Virus record (IMG/VR): IMGVR_UViG_3300042922_000923
Location: 1-64,000 of that record
Reading direction: 5' to 3' (one strand)
Source: a virus
Length of the DNA stretch: 64,000 nt
Below are positions 53,628 to 63,673 of this stretch, piece after piece (position 1 is the first letter of the stretch; each line of letters opens with the position of its first letter). Below the pieces are notes generated by a model. The model saw only the letters and a program-made list of their open reading frames with translations. It was not told the DNA's origin and did not search any database. A program made the position numbers and the translations under genes.

Positions 53628-53924
53628 TTATAAATAAACTAATACAAAACTTATTGCCGCTAAAATTAGAGCAAATACTAAATTATACCTAGCATCTCTG
53701 TCTTTAATTAGCATAGTTACATTATCAACTATACTTATTAGTGGTAATACTAGTATAGAAAGTACAAATACTAAGCCTTTATACTTGAAAATTCCACCTT
53801 CTCTTTTTAAGTACCTTTTATACTGGTCCTCAAAAGAATCAATTTCATGTCTAATATACAAATTTGATACCAGTAAATACATCATCATCAATATTGTTAT
53901 AATCAAATACTTAATGTTAATCAC
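53628..53924 (-). CDS. Membrane protein
   Basis: Three hydrophobic segments. Confidence 0.55.
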   Translation of the reverse strand: MINIKYLIITILMMMYLLVSNLYIRHEIDSFEDQYKRYLKREGGIFKYKGLVFVLSILVLPLISIVDNVTMLIKDRDARYNLVFALILAAISFVLVYL

Positions 53925-53939
53925 CTTCTTACTTTACTA

Positions 53940-54233
53940 CTAACCTTTATTTAATTTCTGATTATTTAGCTTATTTTCAAACATTTCTATGAAATGTCTT
54001 TGGCTATCTCCACCAGCAACTAAAAATAAACCATTGTTCTCATACATCATATAAAGCTTTTGACCAGTTATTTTATTTGTTAATGCGTATTCTTTTCCAT
54101 CTTTGCTAACACTATAGAGTTCTTCTGTATACCTTCCATTATTAGCAAAACATTTCTTGCCTTGATAGGTTTTTACATCTATTAATTTAATTTCATATCC
54201 CTGTCCTTCAAGAAACTTCTTAATTTTATTCAT
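53940..54233 (-). CDS. Hypothetical protein
   Basis: ORF with RBS. Confidence 0.55.
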   Translation of the reverse strand: MNKIKKFLEGQGYEIKLIDVKTYQGKKCFANNGRYTEELYSVSKDGKEYALTNKITGQKLYMMYENNGLFLVAGGDSQRHFIEMFENKLNNQKLNKG

Positions 54234-54248
54234 GTATTCACCTTCTCA

Positions 54249-54560
54249 CTAATTACTCGAGTGTAAATGCTTCTTTTTATACTTCAAAAATGCATTAAAT
54301 ACTTCAGGGCCAAGTTCTTCAAACATTAACTTTAAGCTGCAATGATAGTAGCTAGTAAATAATCCACTATACTTTGTATAGAGAATATCCATGCCTCTTA
54401 TATTTTTAAATATATCTTCTTCACATTTTCTAGGAAAAGAGTTTAAAAATACTGTTATTGCAAAAACTCTATTTTCCTTTACTTTCCAAAACCCATTAGG
54501 TACAGCTCTTCTTTTTCTTAGTGTTAGTTCATTAATAATTTTTAGTGCTTCTTCTTCCAT
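54249..54560 (-). CDS. Hypothetical protein
   Basis: VPNGFW...ENR..AI repeat-type motif. Confidence 0.5.
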   Translation of the reverse strand: MEEEALKIINELTLRKRRAVPNGFWKVKENRVFAITVFLNSFPRKCEEDIFKNIRGMDILYTKYSGLFTSYYHCSLKLMFEELGPEVFNAFLKYKKKHLHSSN

Positions 54561-54561
54561 T

Positions 54562-54762
54562 CTAATTCTCCTTTGACATGTTCATTAAAACAAGTATTAA
54601 TTGTCTTTCATCAGCTATTACTTCTTCTTTTACACCTTTTTCTGATTTATCTGCTTTTTCCTGTAGAAATTTTGTAGGTTTACTTTCCTTTCCAAAAAAT
54701 AGAGAGCTTAGTGCTATCCAATTTTCTAGTGTGCTATCTTGTCCTGTAGATAATTTTACCAC
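54562..54762 (-). CDS. Hypothetical protein
   Basis: ORF with GGGGGA RBS. Confidence 0.5.
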   Translation of the reverse strand: MVKLSTGQDSTLENWIALSSLFFGKESKPTKFLQEKADKSEKGVKEEVIADERQLILVLMNMSKEN

Positions 54763-54775
54763 TTTATATTCCCCC

Positions 54776-55699
54776 TTATATTAAACTCCAGATAACTCCA
54801 GTATTTTTAAGTTGTTCTAAGTAATCGTAGAATCCAATATCAAGCTTATTTCTTGAAATTGTAATTATAGCTACTTCAATTAAACTTATAGCTTGAGCTT
54901 CTGTTAGGTCTATTCCAGTTACAACAGACATTCTATCTATTTCTTCTTTAGTTGGAGTATACAATATATCACAGATATCTTCATTTAACATTTCAGAACA
55001 TTTTACATTTAATGTTAATGCAACAACTTTCTTTAGATCCTTGTGTTCCTCAATCTCAATATTTGTTAAATCTGTATATTCAGTGATTTCTTTAATAGAC
55101 TTTTGAAGTAAACTTCTCTTAAATTCATAGTAGTCAGGGTATGATGTAGGAGAAAATCCTAGTCTTTCCTTAAGTTCCTCTAATTTAAATTTTCTTCCTC
55201 CTTGTGCTACGCTATCTTTTAGTAGCTCATATAGCCTGAAAGAAGGTGTTTTCTTAAATTTTAGTACAGCATTATATCTGTATTTTCCATAAAGTTCCTT
55301 TAGTGCTAGTAAGTCTACTATAATATCTGGATTAAACATTATATCTATACATCTTTCCTTAGTGTTGTATTTAAATGCACCTATTCTAGTCTCTTTATAT
55401 AATCCATTATCTTGAAGTTTCAGTATCTCCTTAGAATCTAATGTACCTGCTGCATCCTTTAAAAGAATATAGAGGTTATTGCTGTTAACATTATATTGAT
55501 TTTTAAAATCAAGTACAGAGACTTTTACTACATCAAAATTGTGTTCTTTGTATGCATTCCTAATTTCAGACGTTTTTATATTTAATTTCATGTAGATAGG
55601 TCTGAGTCTACTACATGCTAAATAAATAATTCTTTGCTCAGTAAGTGATAAGCTATAATTGCTGTCTATAAGAGTATTTATTCTATTCATATATCTCAC
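54776..55699 (-). CDS. Rep_3 (RepB) plasmid replication initiator
   Basis: N.LI.S.Y.LSL.EQRII, Y..LK.A...L, S.RLYELLK, L.E.K..LG....Y..Y.EFKR..L.K...EI...TDL. Confidence 0.85.
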   Translation of the reverse strand: MRYMNRINTLIDSNYSLSLTEQRIIYLACSRLRPIYMKLNIKTSEIRNAYKEHNFDVVKVSVLDFKNQYNVNSNNLYILLKDAAGTLDSKEILKLQDNGLYKETRIGAFKYNTKERCIDIMFNPDIIVDLLALKELYGKYRYNAVLKFKKTPSFRLYELLKDSVAQGGRKFKLEELKERLGFSPTSYPDYYEFKRSLLQKSIKEITEYTDLTNIEIEEHKDLKKVVALTLNVKCSEMLNEDICDILYTPTKEEIDRMSVVTGIDLTEAQAISLIEVAIITISRNKLDIGFYDYLEQLKNTGVIWSLI

Positions 55700-55796
55700 T
55701 CCAATTTCTTAATAGGTTATTTCATAATTAAATATTAATACTTTATATTAACATTGTCAATACCAAAATTGCACGTAACTAATTCAAATTATATTT

Positions 55797-55822
55797 CTAT
55801 GTGGAATAATAAATAATAATTC
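55797..55822 (+). promoter_or_regulatory. Phage promoter element upstream of SLOG-sbcD operon
   Basis: CTATGTGG-N10-AATAATTC. Confidence 0.55.
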
Positions 55823-55864
55823 TAATTTTTTTAACTTATGCAATTATAGGGAGGTGATTTTATT

Positions 55865-56290
55865 ATGAGAAAAATTACCAACGTAATAATCGCTGGTACA
55901 AGAACATTTACAGACTACAAATTAGTATGCACTGTTATGAATGTTATTAGACAGAAGTATGGAGATATACAAATAATTGTAGGTGGTTGCAAGGGTGCAG
56001 ATAAATGTGGAGAACTTTATGCTATAGAAAATAAGATTCCTTACAAAGTTTATAATGCAGAATGGAAGAAATACGGAAAAAGAGCTGGACCACTTAGGAA
56101 TGAAAAAATGAGTAAAGTAGGAAATGTTTTAGTCTTATTCTGGGATTACGAATCAAGTGGATCAGAAGACATGTTGCATTTAGCTGTTAGAGAAGAATTG
56201 GATCTATATGTAATGCTTTATAGAACTAATGAATTTTATGCAGGAAAGAATGTTATAGACAAAGTTTATAATAATATACTTCCATTTTAG
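55865..56290 (+). CDS. SLOG-superfamily (DUF2493/YspA-like) protein
   Basis: IIAG.R.F.DY, GG..GAD..GE.YA, A.W..YGK.AGP.RN..M, FWD..S.GS. Confidence 0.85.
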   Translation: MRKITNVIIAGTRTFTDYKLVCTVMNVIRQKYGDIQIIVGGCKGADKCGELYAIENKIPYKVYNAEWKKYGKRAGPLRNEKMSKVGNVLVLFWDYESSGSEDMLHLAVREELDLYVMLYRTNEFYAGKNVIDKVYNNILPF

Positions 56291-56306
56291 AAAGGTATGA
56301 TCGTAC

Positions 56307-57029
56307 GTGTATAATAAAAATATTTTTAGTGACAACGAATGCTCTGTATCTGTGAATGGAGAGTATATAGGTAAGGCTACATTAAAAAGTTCTAAGATAA
56401 ATAATGAGTCAGCTTCAGATGATGATAAAGAAAATAAAATACAAAAAAGATGTGTTGGCTGTGCTTATCCAGCAAGTATTAAATTAACAGATATGCTAAT
56501 AGATCAGTTATCTGTGCCTAGTTATACTGAGAAACTAGCAGAAGTTAAGAATACCCTTAGGGTACTTACTGGTAAAGACTTTGAGATCTATTACACTAAC
56601 TTAGGTAAAATATTGCAGGAAATCACTAATTATGCTCATGAGCATAATCAAATTCCTAAAAATGAAATACTAGTAGCAGGTTTATGTGATAGTCCTGATG
56701 ATTCTAATAATATAATATTTTTTGGAAGAATGAACATGGATATCTTTAATGGTGTTGATATTTCAGGTAGTGATCCTCAATTTAGAGTTATTTCTAGAAT
56801 GCATAGTGCTTTAGGAGCTACTGAGTATTCTCCATTTAAAGGATCTTTTTCTATAGAATTTAAAAATACTGTAGACACCATAGAAGATTTGATAAAGGAG
56901 ACAATAATAGGTTCAGACTGTATTTCGTCATTTAAGGGAAACAAGCTAGACAACTCTGAGAAACGTGGTAAAAAAGGAAAAAAGATTAGGAACTGGGAAA
57001 AGAAGTGCTTTTGGCAGAAAGGGAGATAA
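56307..57029 (+). CDS. Hypothetical protein
   Basis: 240-aa ORF in operon. Confidence 0.55.
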   Translation: MYNKNIFSDNECSVSVNGEYIGKATLKSSKINNESASDDDKENKIQKRCVGCAYPASIKLTDMLIDQLSVPSYTEKLAEVKNTLRVLTGKDFEIYYTNLGKILQEITNYAHEHNQIPKNEILVAGLCDSPDDSNNIIFFGRMNMDIFNGVDISGSDPQFRVISRMHSALGATEYSPFKGSFSIEFKNTVDTIEDLIKETIIGSDCISSFKGNKLDNSEKRGKKGKKIRNWEKKCFWQKGR

Positions 57030-57031
57030 CA

Positions 57032-58162
57032 ATGGAAATAGGATTTTTAGGAGATATACATTTTGCAGAATATAAAGACTTTAGTACAGATGTACTTGTG
57101 GAATGGGATTCTGTTAACTTAAAATATATAAAATCAGATATTGGTAAAAAAATGAACTCAAGGCTTCTCGATATTGCTAACGCAATGATAGAAGCTAGAG
57201 ATTACTTTATTGCTAATGAAATTAAATTAGTTATTATAACTGGTGATATTTCTCATAATAGAGGTGCGGTACCTACTATTGTTCAGAATGTAGAGTACAA
57301 CATACTTGAGAGCTATAAGCATTCTGGAATTGAAGTTATAATTAATCCTGGTAATCATGACCAGGTATCAAATGAGGATTTTCCAGAAAATAGCTTAACT
57401 CCATTTAGAAATATTGCAACAATTATTGAGAAGCCTACAATACTGCTTAGAAATAACATTAATATTCTATTTGTTCCATTTTCAGCTAATAAAAGTATAG
57501 TAATGGATGCTATCAACGATTTTAATCCAAAATCTACTTTTGATTCAAATATTATAGTAGCTCATTTAGGTGTTTCTGGAGGTTTTACCGGAAAAAATTC
57601 ATATGTACTAACAGATCAATATGAACCTGAGGAACTAAGATACTTAGATGAAGACATTGATTTGATAGCTTTAGGCCATTATCATAAGCCTCAGTTAGTT
57701 GAGGGAACTTTGAATAAAGTAATATATACTGGTTCCCCTGTTCCAGTTAGCTTCAATGAAGAGGGAGAAGAACATGGATTATGGATATTTGATACAAGTA
57801 CTAAAGCAATGTATATGCATCCTCTTAAGTCTCCAAAGTTTATTACTCTAAATAAGGAAAACTATTCTGACTTTTCTACTGAGGATTTGAAAGGAAACTT
57901 TGTTAGGATTGTAGGTAACTTAGAAGAAGTTGCAGACATTAATGCAGCAGTTACTATAGATCCTGAAGATAAGAATATAGAAAATAATATGATTAGGATA
58001 GAGACTCAAAAGGAATATGAAGCTGAACATAGAAGTGATATAAATCCTGAAATGAGTTATGCAGAATCTGTATTTAAATATGCTGAGGAAAATGATTTTA
58101 CTGAGGAACAAGTAGCAACTGGAATTGAAATATTAAATTCTGTCTTAGAAAACTATAATTAA
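57032..58162 (+). CDS. sbcD: SbcD/Mre11-like nuclease
   Basis: GDIH, TGD, GNHD, AH, LGHYH, YTGSP. Confidence 0.9.
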   Translation: MEIGFLGDIHFAEYKDFSTDVLVEWDSVNLKYIKSDIGKKMNSRLLDIANAMIEARDYFIANEIKLVIITGDISHNRGAVPTIVQNVEYNILESYKHSGIEVIINPGNHDQVSNEDFPENSLTPFRNIATIIEKPTILLRNNINILFVPFSANKSIVMDAINDFNPKSTFDSNIIVAHLGVSGGFTGKNSYVLTDQYEPEELRYLDEDIDLIALGHYHKPQLVEGTLNKVIYTGSPVPVSFNEEGEEHGLWIFDTSTKAMYMHPLKSPKFITLNKENYSDFSTEDLKGNFVRIVGNLEEVADINAAVTIDPEDKNIENNMIRIETQKEYEAEHRSDINPEMSYAESVFKYAEENDFTEEQVATGIEILNSVLENYN

Positions 58163-58170
58163 AATAAGTA

Positions 58171-58218
58171 AAACTGTGGATAAGTCCAATGTTAGGACCA
58201 GTTATCCACAGTTTTTTT
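58171..58218 (+). terminator. Terminator hairpin whose arms carry two perfect DnaA boxes
   Basis: TGTGGATAA at 58175-58183 and TTATCCACA at 58202-58210, followed by a T-run. Confidence 0.65.
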
Positions 58219-58533
58219 AATAAAATTTAGAAAAACATTAAAATTATTCTTGAAAATTATTTAGTTTGAATGTAATATATAATTAAAAGTTGTACAAGAA
58301 TACTTAATAAAATAATATGTTTATTTTAAAATATAAAAAAGTCTATAAAAAAAAAGTAATAAGAATTTGTTAGTTTTGGCCGACTGCTCATTCTTATTAC
58401 TTCCAAGGAGATTTGCCAATCTCTTTATTAACTATACCCTTATTATAGAGTATAAAAGTATGTTTGTAAAGAGTTTTAATAATAAATCCTCCTTATTCCT
58501 AAATTTTTTTATGGATTTAAAGGAGGATTTTTC

Positions 58534-59382
58534 ATGCCAATTTATAAGCCACAATTTGAAGACAAGTTAAACGAGTATCAATTTAATAAATTAAATTTAA
58601 TTGATAACCTAGATCTTAGAGGTAGCTTAATATCTATTCTGTCATATATGATGATAATTAATGATCGTAAAAATGACCAGTATAATGAACATCAACTAGA
58701 CTTCCTTAAAAAAAATTCTAATGAATTAAAAATATCCTTTAGCGAATTTAGAAAGCTATACGTTAAAAATCATAAAAAACTAAGCCTGACTACAGTAAAG
58801 GAAAGAATCTATAAACTATCTGAACTAGGTTTACTAAAGATATCTAAAGTTAATAACATTAATAGCTACACATTTATTACTGAAAAGTCTGAAATTCCGA
58901 CTACTAAAAATTGCACTGCATCCACTGAAAATACTAGATTAGAGCTAAATGAAGATTTCTGTTCATTTGTGGATAATATTAATAAAGACTTAGACTCTAA
59001 TAATCCTGAAGGATTTGATTACGAAAATTATATTGATTCTGAGCAAAAGGTTAGTGACTGGGATCTAGTATGCAAAAAGACACAGGATATCTTTAAGATG
59101 CTTAAGGTTAAAAATGCGTGGATAAAAGAAACAGTCATAGCAAAATTATCTAAATACTACTCAAACGTGACATTTAAGCACTTAGATAAATATATATGTA
59201 CCATGATAACCAATGCCAGACAGCAATATTATAATAACTATAACAAACTTGTTAAGAATGCAGTTGCAGCTCCCCCACTTAATTTTGTTAATTTTGAGCC
59301 TAGAAATTATGATTACGATGCACTTGAAGAGCGCTTATTAGGCTGGAGTTCGGATAAAGACCTTGTGTTGCCTATAAAATAA
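58534..59382 (+). CDS. Putative replication initiator (wHTH; clostridial Rep-type C-terminus)
   Basis: HTH-like SLTTVKERIYKLSELGLLKI; terminal F.NFEPRNYDYDALEERLLGW motif seen on clostridial Rep/DnaD-type proteins. Confidence 0.6.
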   Translation: MPIYKPQFEDKLNEYQFNKLNLIDNLDLRGSLISILSYMMIINDRKNDQYNEHQLDFLKKNSNELKISFSEFRKLYVKNHKKLSLTTVKERIYKLSELGLLKISKVNNINSYTFITEKSEIPTTKNCTASTENTRLELNEDFCSFVDNINKDLDSNNPEGFDYENYIDSEQKVSDWDLVCKKTQDIFKMLKVKNAWIKETVIAKLSKYYSNVTFKHLDKYICTMITNARQQYYNNYNKLVKNAVAAPPLNFVNFEPRNYDYDALEERLLGWSSDKDLVLPIK

Positions 59383-59464
59383 AATACTTAATAAAAGTTA
59401 TGTAAACTAAACTATTGTTATGGACAGATTGTGGATGCTTCTAATTTGTTCTATAAATTAGTCT

Positions 59465-59490
59465 CTATGTGGAGATTCTTGAATTAATTA
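59465..59490 (+). promoter_or_regulatory. Phage promoter element upstream of sbcC
   Basis: CTATGTGG-N9-AATTAATTA. Confidence 0.55.
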
Positions 59491-59530
59491 TCGTGCAACA
59501 CTCTTTTTTAATATTAAAGGAGGCTTACGT

Positions 59531-61501
59531 ATGAAATTTAAGAACTTAGTTGCTGAAAACTTTTTGTCAATTTTAAATTTAGATATAAACCTTGATAACC
59601 AGGGACTTACCCTTATTCAAGGCGATAATCAAGATGATAATAACTTTGAATCCAACGGTGCAGGTAAAACTACTTTTATGGATTCAATTTCGTGGGTGCT
59701 TTATGGAAAAACCTTAAAAGGTTTAAAGGCTGATGAAGTACTGCACAATAAAGTTAAAAAAAATTGTATGGTATCATTGGAGATAGAAGACGATAATGGA
59801 GATAATTACAAGGTTGTTAGAGGCAGAAAACATAAAGAATATAAAAATAGTGTGCTTATTTTTAAAAATGAAACTAATATTACTGGAAAAAGTGATAAGG
59901 ATACTAATGACTTTATAGAAAGTTTGCTTCAAATGTCCTATGATGTTTTTGTTGCCACAATACTGTACAGCAGCAATTCATTCAAGTTTACATCTGCTAC
60001 AGATTCAGAAATGAAAAAATCATTAGATAACATGCTCAATATGGAATTTTGGAATCTATGCTTAGATGAAACTAAAAGGCGCATAGATGAAGTGAAGAAA
60101 GAAATAAAGGATATTGAAGTTTCCATAGACAAAGGTATTTTGAATCAGAATAACTTGATGGAGCAAAAGAAGTTATTAACTGGTAAGTCTATAGAGGCTA
60201 AGACTGCTGGTATCAAAAAGAAGCAGGAGCTTACAGACAGATTAGAAACTGCAAAAAAGGAGCTTAAAGGCCTAAAAGATAGCTCTGAAGACGAAACTGT
60301 TATTAGAAAAATGATTGATGTAGCTACTAAAAAAATATCTGAAATTACTAAAAAGCTTGATGAATTTGATGATGTATTTGATGATATAAATAAAAATAAG
60401 GCTATGATTTCAGAAATAGAAGGACTAATAAAAATAAATACTAATGCTATAAATGACTTAACAACTAAGGCTGATGCTATATTAAAAAAATTAGATGATA
60501 AAAAAGCTTTGATAGGCACAGAGTGCCCTGTTTGTGGTTCAGAAATTACTGAGAAGTCACTAGAGGGTGCAACGAAAGAAATGCTTATGGAGCTTCAAAG
60601 TATAATACAGGAGCGAAAAACAAAAAAGGCCTCAAAAGAAAAGCATGAAAAGCAAGCAGAATTTTTCAAAGAAAAGGTCAAAGAACTTCAAACTAAATAT
60701 GAGCAAAGAAAGCCTTTAACTGATGAAAAATCTAGCTATGAACAAGTATTAGCAAATAATAAGGCCAAATTAACTCAAAATTCTAAATTAAAAGAACTCT
60801 ATGAAAAATCCAAGAAGCAGTATACTTCTTTAATAGCTACTCTAGAAAAGGATATTGAAAATATTGAGAGTCCTAAAGAAGATACTTATGCTCCTGAGAT
60901 TGATAATATATCTGTTAAGATTGAGAATTGTCTTAAGGAGCTTCAGGAATCAAGAATACTTCTGGAGGAAAAAAATAAAAAGCTCTCAAATTTAGAAGTT
61001 TGGTTAGATCCTTATTCAAATAAAGGAATAAAAAGTAGGCTTTTAGATAGTGTAACACCTTTCTTAAATAAGCAATCTAATTACTATTTAGGAAAGTTGA
61101 CTTCAGGATCTATAGAAGTTGAGTTTAAAACACAGGATACAAATAAATCAGGAAATACCCATGATAAGCTTACTTTAAATATTACTAATAAAAATGGTGG
61201 AGATAAATATATATCTAATTCAGATGGAGAAAGAAGAAGAATTGATATATCTGTTAACTTAGCTCTCCAGGACCTTATTAGTAATAGAAGTACAAAGAGA
61301 ATAAACGTTGCATTCTATGACGAATGCTTTGATTCCTTAGATGGTGTAGGTTCTGAAAGAGTTATAGAAATTCTTAATGAAAATAAAAATAATAAGTCTT
61401 CTATTTTTGTAACTACGCATAAGGATGACTTAAAAGCATTTTTTGATAAATCTATTACTATGGTAAAAAAGAATGGATTTACAACCTTAAAAGAAAATTA
61501 A
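59531..61501 (+). CDS. sbcC: SbcC/Rad50-like ATPase
   Basis: NGAGKT, coiled coils, CPVC hook, SDGE signature, YDE, TH. Confidence 0.9.
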   Translation: MKFKNLVAENFLSILNLDINLDNQGLTLIQGDNQDDNNFESNGAGKTTFMDSISWVLYGKTLKGLKADEVLHNKVKKNCMVSLEIEDDNGDNYKVVRGRKHKEYKNSVLIFKNETNITGKSDKDTNDFIESLLQMSYDVFVATILYSSNSFKFTSATDSEMKKSLDNMLNMEFWNLCLDETKRRIDEVKKEIKDIEVSIDKGILNQNNLMEQKKLLTGKSIEAKTAGIKKKQELTDRLETAKKELKGLKDSSEDETVIRKMIDVATKKISEITKKLDEFDDVFDDINKNKAMISEIEGLIKINTNAINDLTTKADAILKKLDDKKALIGTECPVCGSEITEKSLEGATKEMLMELQSIIQERKTKKASKEKHEKQAEFFKEKVKELQTKYEQRKPLTDEKSSYEQVLANNKAKLTQNSKLKELYEKSKKQYTSLIATLEKDIENIESPKEDTYAPEIDNISVKIENCLKELQESRILLEEKNKKLSNLEVWLDPYSNKGIKSRLLDSVTPFLNKQSNYYLGKLTSGSIEVEFKTQDTNKSGNTHDKLTLNITNKNGGDKYISNSDGERRRIDISVNLALQDLISNRSTKRINVAFYDECFDSLDGVGSERVIEILNENKNNKSSIFVTTHKDDLKAFFDKSITMVKKNGFTTLKEN

Positions 61502-61630
61502 TGAGAGCGAGGAAGAATAAATGGAAAATAAAAAAGAACAACCTAAAGAAGTAAAGGAACCTTGTACACCAGCTAGAGATACTAGGGATGCAGACTTAAA
61601 GAAAATTGAGAAGTTGGAGCGAATAGATAT

Positions 61631-61933
61631 ATGAATGAAACAGAAACTGAGAAGAATTGTTATAACTGTGATTATGCTAGAAAATCAGGTGCTAAAGACA
61701 TGGTAGCTTGTGGTTTCTTCTTTCTAGAACATAGAATGGATTATGAAAAGACTATGAAGGAGCTAAGTTTAGAAAATATATATACTGGCTGGGGTTATAT
61801 GCATAAAGCAGTTGATGATATCAGAACTGGAGACGAAGTACCTTTAGGAGCAGGTATTATGACCAATAACGTGGTAGTATTTGATAAAAATTTTTGTTGT
61901 AATCATCATAAGTATAGGAAGGATAAAGTATGA
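61631..61933 (+). CDS. Cys-rich hypothetical protein
   Basis: CYNCDY...C...FCC..H. Confidence 0.55.
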   Translation: MNETETEKNCYNCDYARKSGAKDMVACGFFFLEHRMDYEKTMKELSLENIYTGWGYMHKAVDDIRTGDEVPLGAGIMTNNVVVFDKNFCCNHHKYRKDKV

Positions 61934-62505
61934 GTAAAAGTATAAGAGAATTATCAGAATTAGCTGCTTCATGGTGGGGAGAAACAGTGTGTAAGCCTGC
62001 ATTTAATAATGGTGATAATAGCTTAGATGGTGCAGTTACTCAGCTTTTAGCACATTTAGGTACCAAACAAATAGACTCTGATACTAAAGAAAAGTTTATA
62101 GCTGAATTAACAAATGAAATAGAACTAAAGTTAGCTAGTGCTAAAGGGAATATAATAGTGAGTGTAGATTATGGTCCAGATAAAATTCTTTCTGATGCTG
62201 CTACCAGTGTACACATGACTAAACTTAACTTTCCTTTGAAAACTACTATGTGGATAAACATGAATAGTATAATAGTAAGTTCTGGTTATAGGGCACCAAT
62301 AAAAGAACTATATGCTAATAAAGCATACTGGAGAGATAAAATAAGCTCTGCTGAAGAATCTATTGAGTCATATGAAAATGGAACCTATACATGTGATTGG
62401 ATTGAGGATGAAGAAGAGAGAAAGAAACAAGTAGCAGAAGATATTAAATTCTACAGAGAAAATCTTGAACTCTGTAAAAAATCAATGGAAAAGGCAGAGG
62501 ATTAA
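61930..62505 (+). CDS. Hypothetical phage protein
   Basis: AASWW...DYGPD.IL.DAA...FP.KT.M motif. Confidence 0.6.
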   Translation: MSKSIRELSELAASWWGETVCKPAFNNGDNSLDGAVTQLLAHLGTKQIDSDTKEKFIAELTNEIELKLASAKGNIIVSVDYGPDKILSDAATSVHMTKLNFPLKTTMWINMNSIIVSSGYRAPIKELYANKAYWRDKISSAEESIESYENGTYTCDWIEDEEERKKQVAEDIKFYRENLELCKKSMEKAED

Positions 62506-62506
62506 T

Positions 62507-62722
62507 ATGAAAACTGTAGTTACATTACCTGAAATAAATAAAAGAATAAGTAAATGCAATCAGAGAATAAATGCATTACAAGCAGCTATTTCAAGATTAA
62601 GTCCAGATAGAGACTATGTTCAGGAAAGAAAAGTCCTGGAAATTATGAAACAAGAGTATACTAAAGAACTGGATAATTATAATGCTTGTATTAAAAGTAT
62701 TGAAATAGAAATAGACGTATAA
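62507..62722 (+). CDS. Hypothetical coiled-coil protein
   Basis: GAGG RBS then MKTVVT. Confidence 0.5.
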   Translation: MKTVVTLPEINKRISKCNQRINALQAAISRLSPDRDYVQERKVLEIMKQEYTKELDNYNACIKSIEIEIDV

Positions 62723-62738
62723 AAAATGGAGGTAAGAC

Positions 62739-63653
62739 ATGAACAGATACAAACAATTTACACATACTGACTTTGATGGAGTTAGTTGCGCTATACTATC
62801 TCAGATTGCTTTTGATTCTGTAGAAGTAGAATACTGTGATTATGATAACGTAAATGAAAAAATACAGAAGTTTATAGAAAGTAAAGATTATTTAAATTAC
62901 AGTAGGATCTATATTACAGATATTTCAATAAATAAAGAACTTGCTGAAGTTATTAACAATTTAAAAGATGAAATAAATATTAAGCTTATAGATCATCATG
63001 AAACAGCGTTATACCTAAATAAGTATGACTGGTGTACAGTAACTACTTCTAATGACAGAGGACCTACATGTGGTACAACTTTATTTTATGATTACTTAAT
63101 TAATTTAAAAAATACTATGCTAGACAATGACTGGATAAGGGACTTTGTAGAAACTGTAAGACAATACGACACCTGGGAATGGAAAAATGTTTATCATAAC
63201 GACAAGCCTAAGTTGTGGAATAATTTATTGTATCTCTATGGAAGAGATTTATTTATAGATCATATCTGTGGAATGCTTATATATTGTAAAACATTTGCTT
63301 TTACAGATACTGATAACTTATTGCTTAAGCTTGAAGAAAAGAAAAAGGAAGAATATTTTAAGAAAAAGTCTGAAGAAATGGATGCAAACTATTATTTGCT
63401 AGGCTATCATGTAGGTGTAGTATTTGCAGAACAATACATTTCTGAATTAGGAAACTTCTTAGCTGAAGGAAATAAGCAACTTGATTTTATAGTCATTATT
63501 AGTGGAAAAACAATAAGTTATAGAACTATTAAAAAAGATATTAATTTAGGTAAAATAGCAGAAAAATTTGGTGGTGGTGGACACCCTGCATCAGCAGGTA
63601 GCCAGATTTCTTTAGATAAACAAGTTAAATACTGCTCTATCCTTTTTGAATAA
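62739..63653 (+). CDS. DHH-family phosphoesterase (NrnB/oligoribonuclease-like)
   Basis: THTDFDG, ITD, IDHH, GGGGHPASAG. Confidence 0.9.
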   Translation: MNRYKQFTHTDFDGVSCAILSQIAFDSVEVEYCDYDNVNEKIQKFIESKDYLNYSRIYITDISINKELAEVINNLKDEINIKLIDHHETALYLNKYDWCTVTTSNDRGPTCGTTLFYDYLINLKNTMLDNDWIRDFVETVRQYDTWEWKNVYHNDKPKLWNNLLYLYGRDLFIDHICGMLIYCKTFAFTDTDNLLLKLEEKKKEEYFKKKSEEMDANYYLLGYHVGVVFAEQYISELGNFLAEGNKQLDFIVIISGKTISYRTIKKDINLGKIAEKFGGGGHPASAGSQISLDKQVKYCSILFE

Positions 63654-63673
63654 TATTAATAAAATAAGATTCT

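Noticed and set aside
58367-58570. 67-aa plus-strand ORF
   Set aside because: TTG start without RBS; more likely the leader of the rep-like gene
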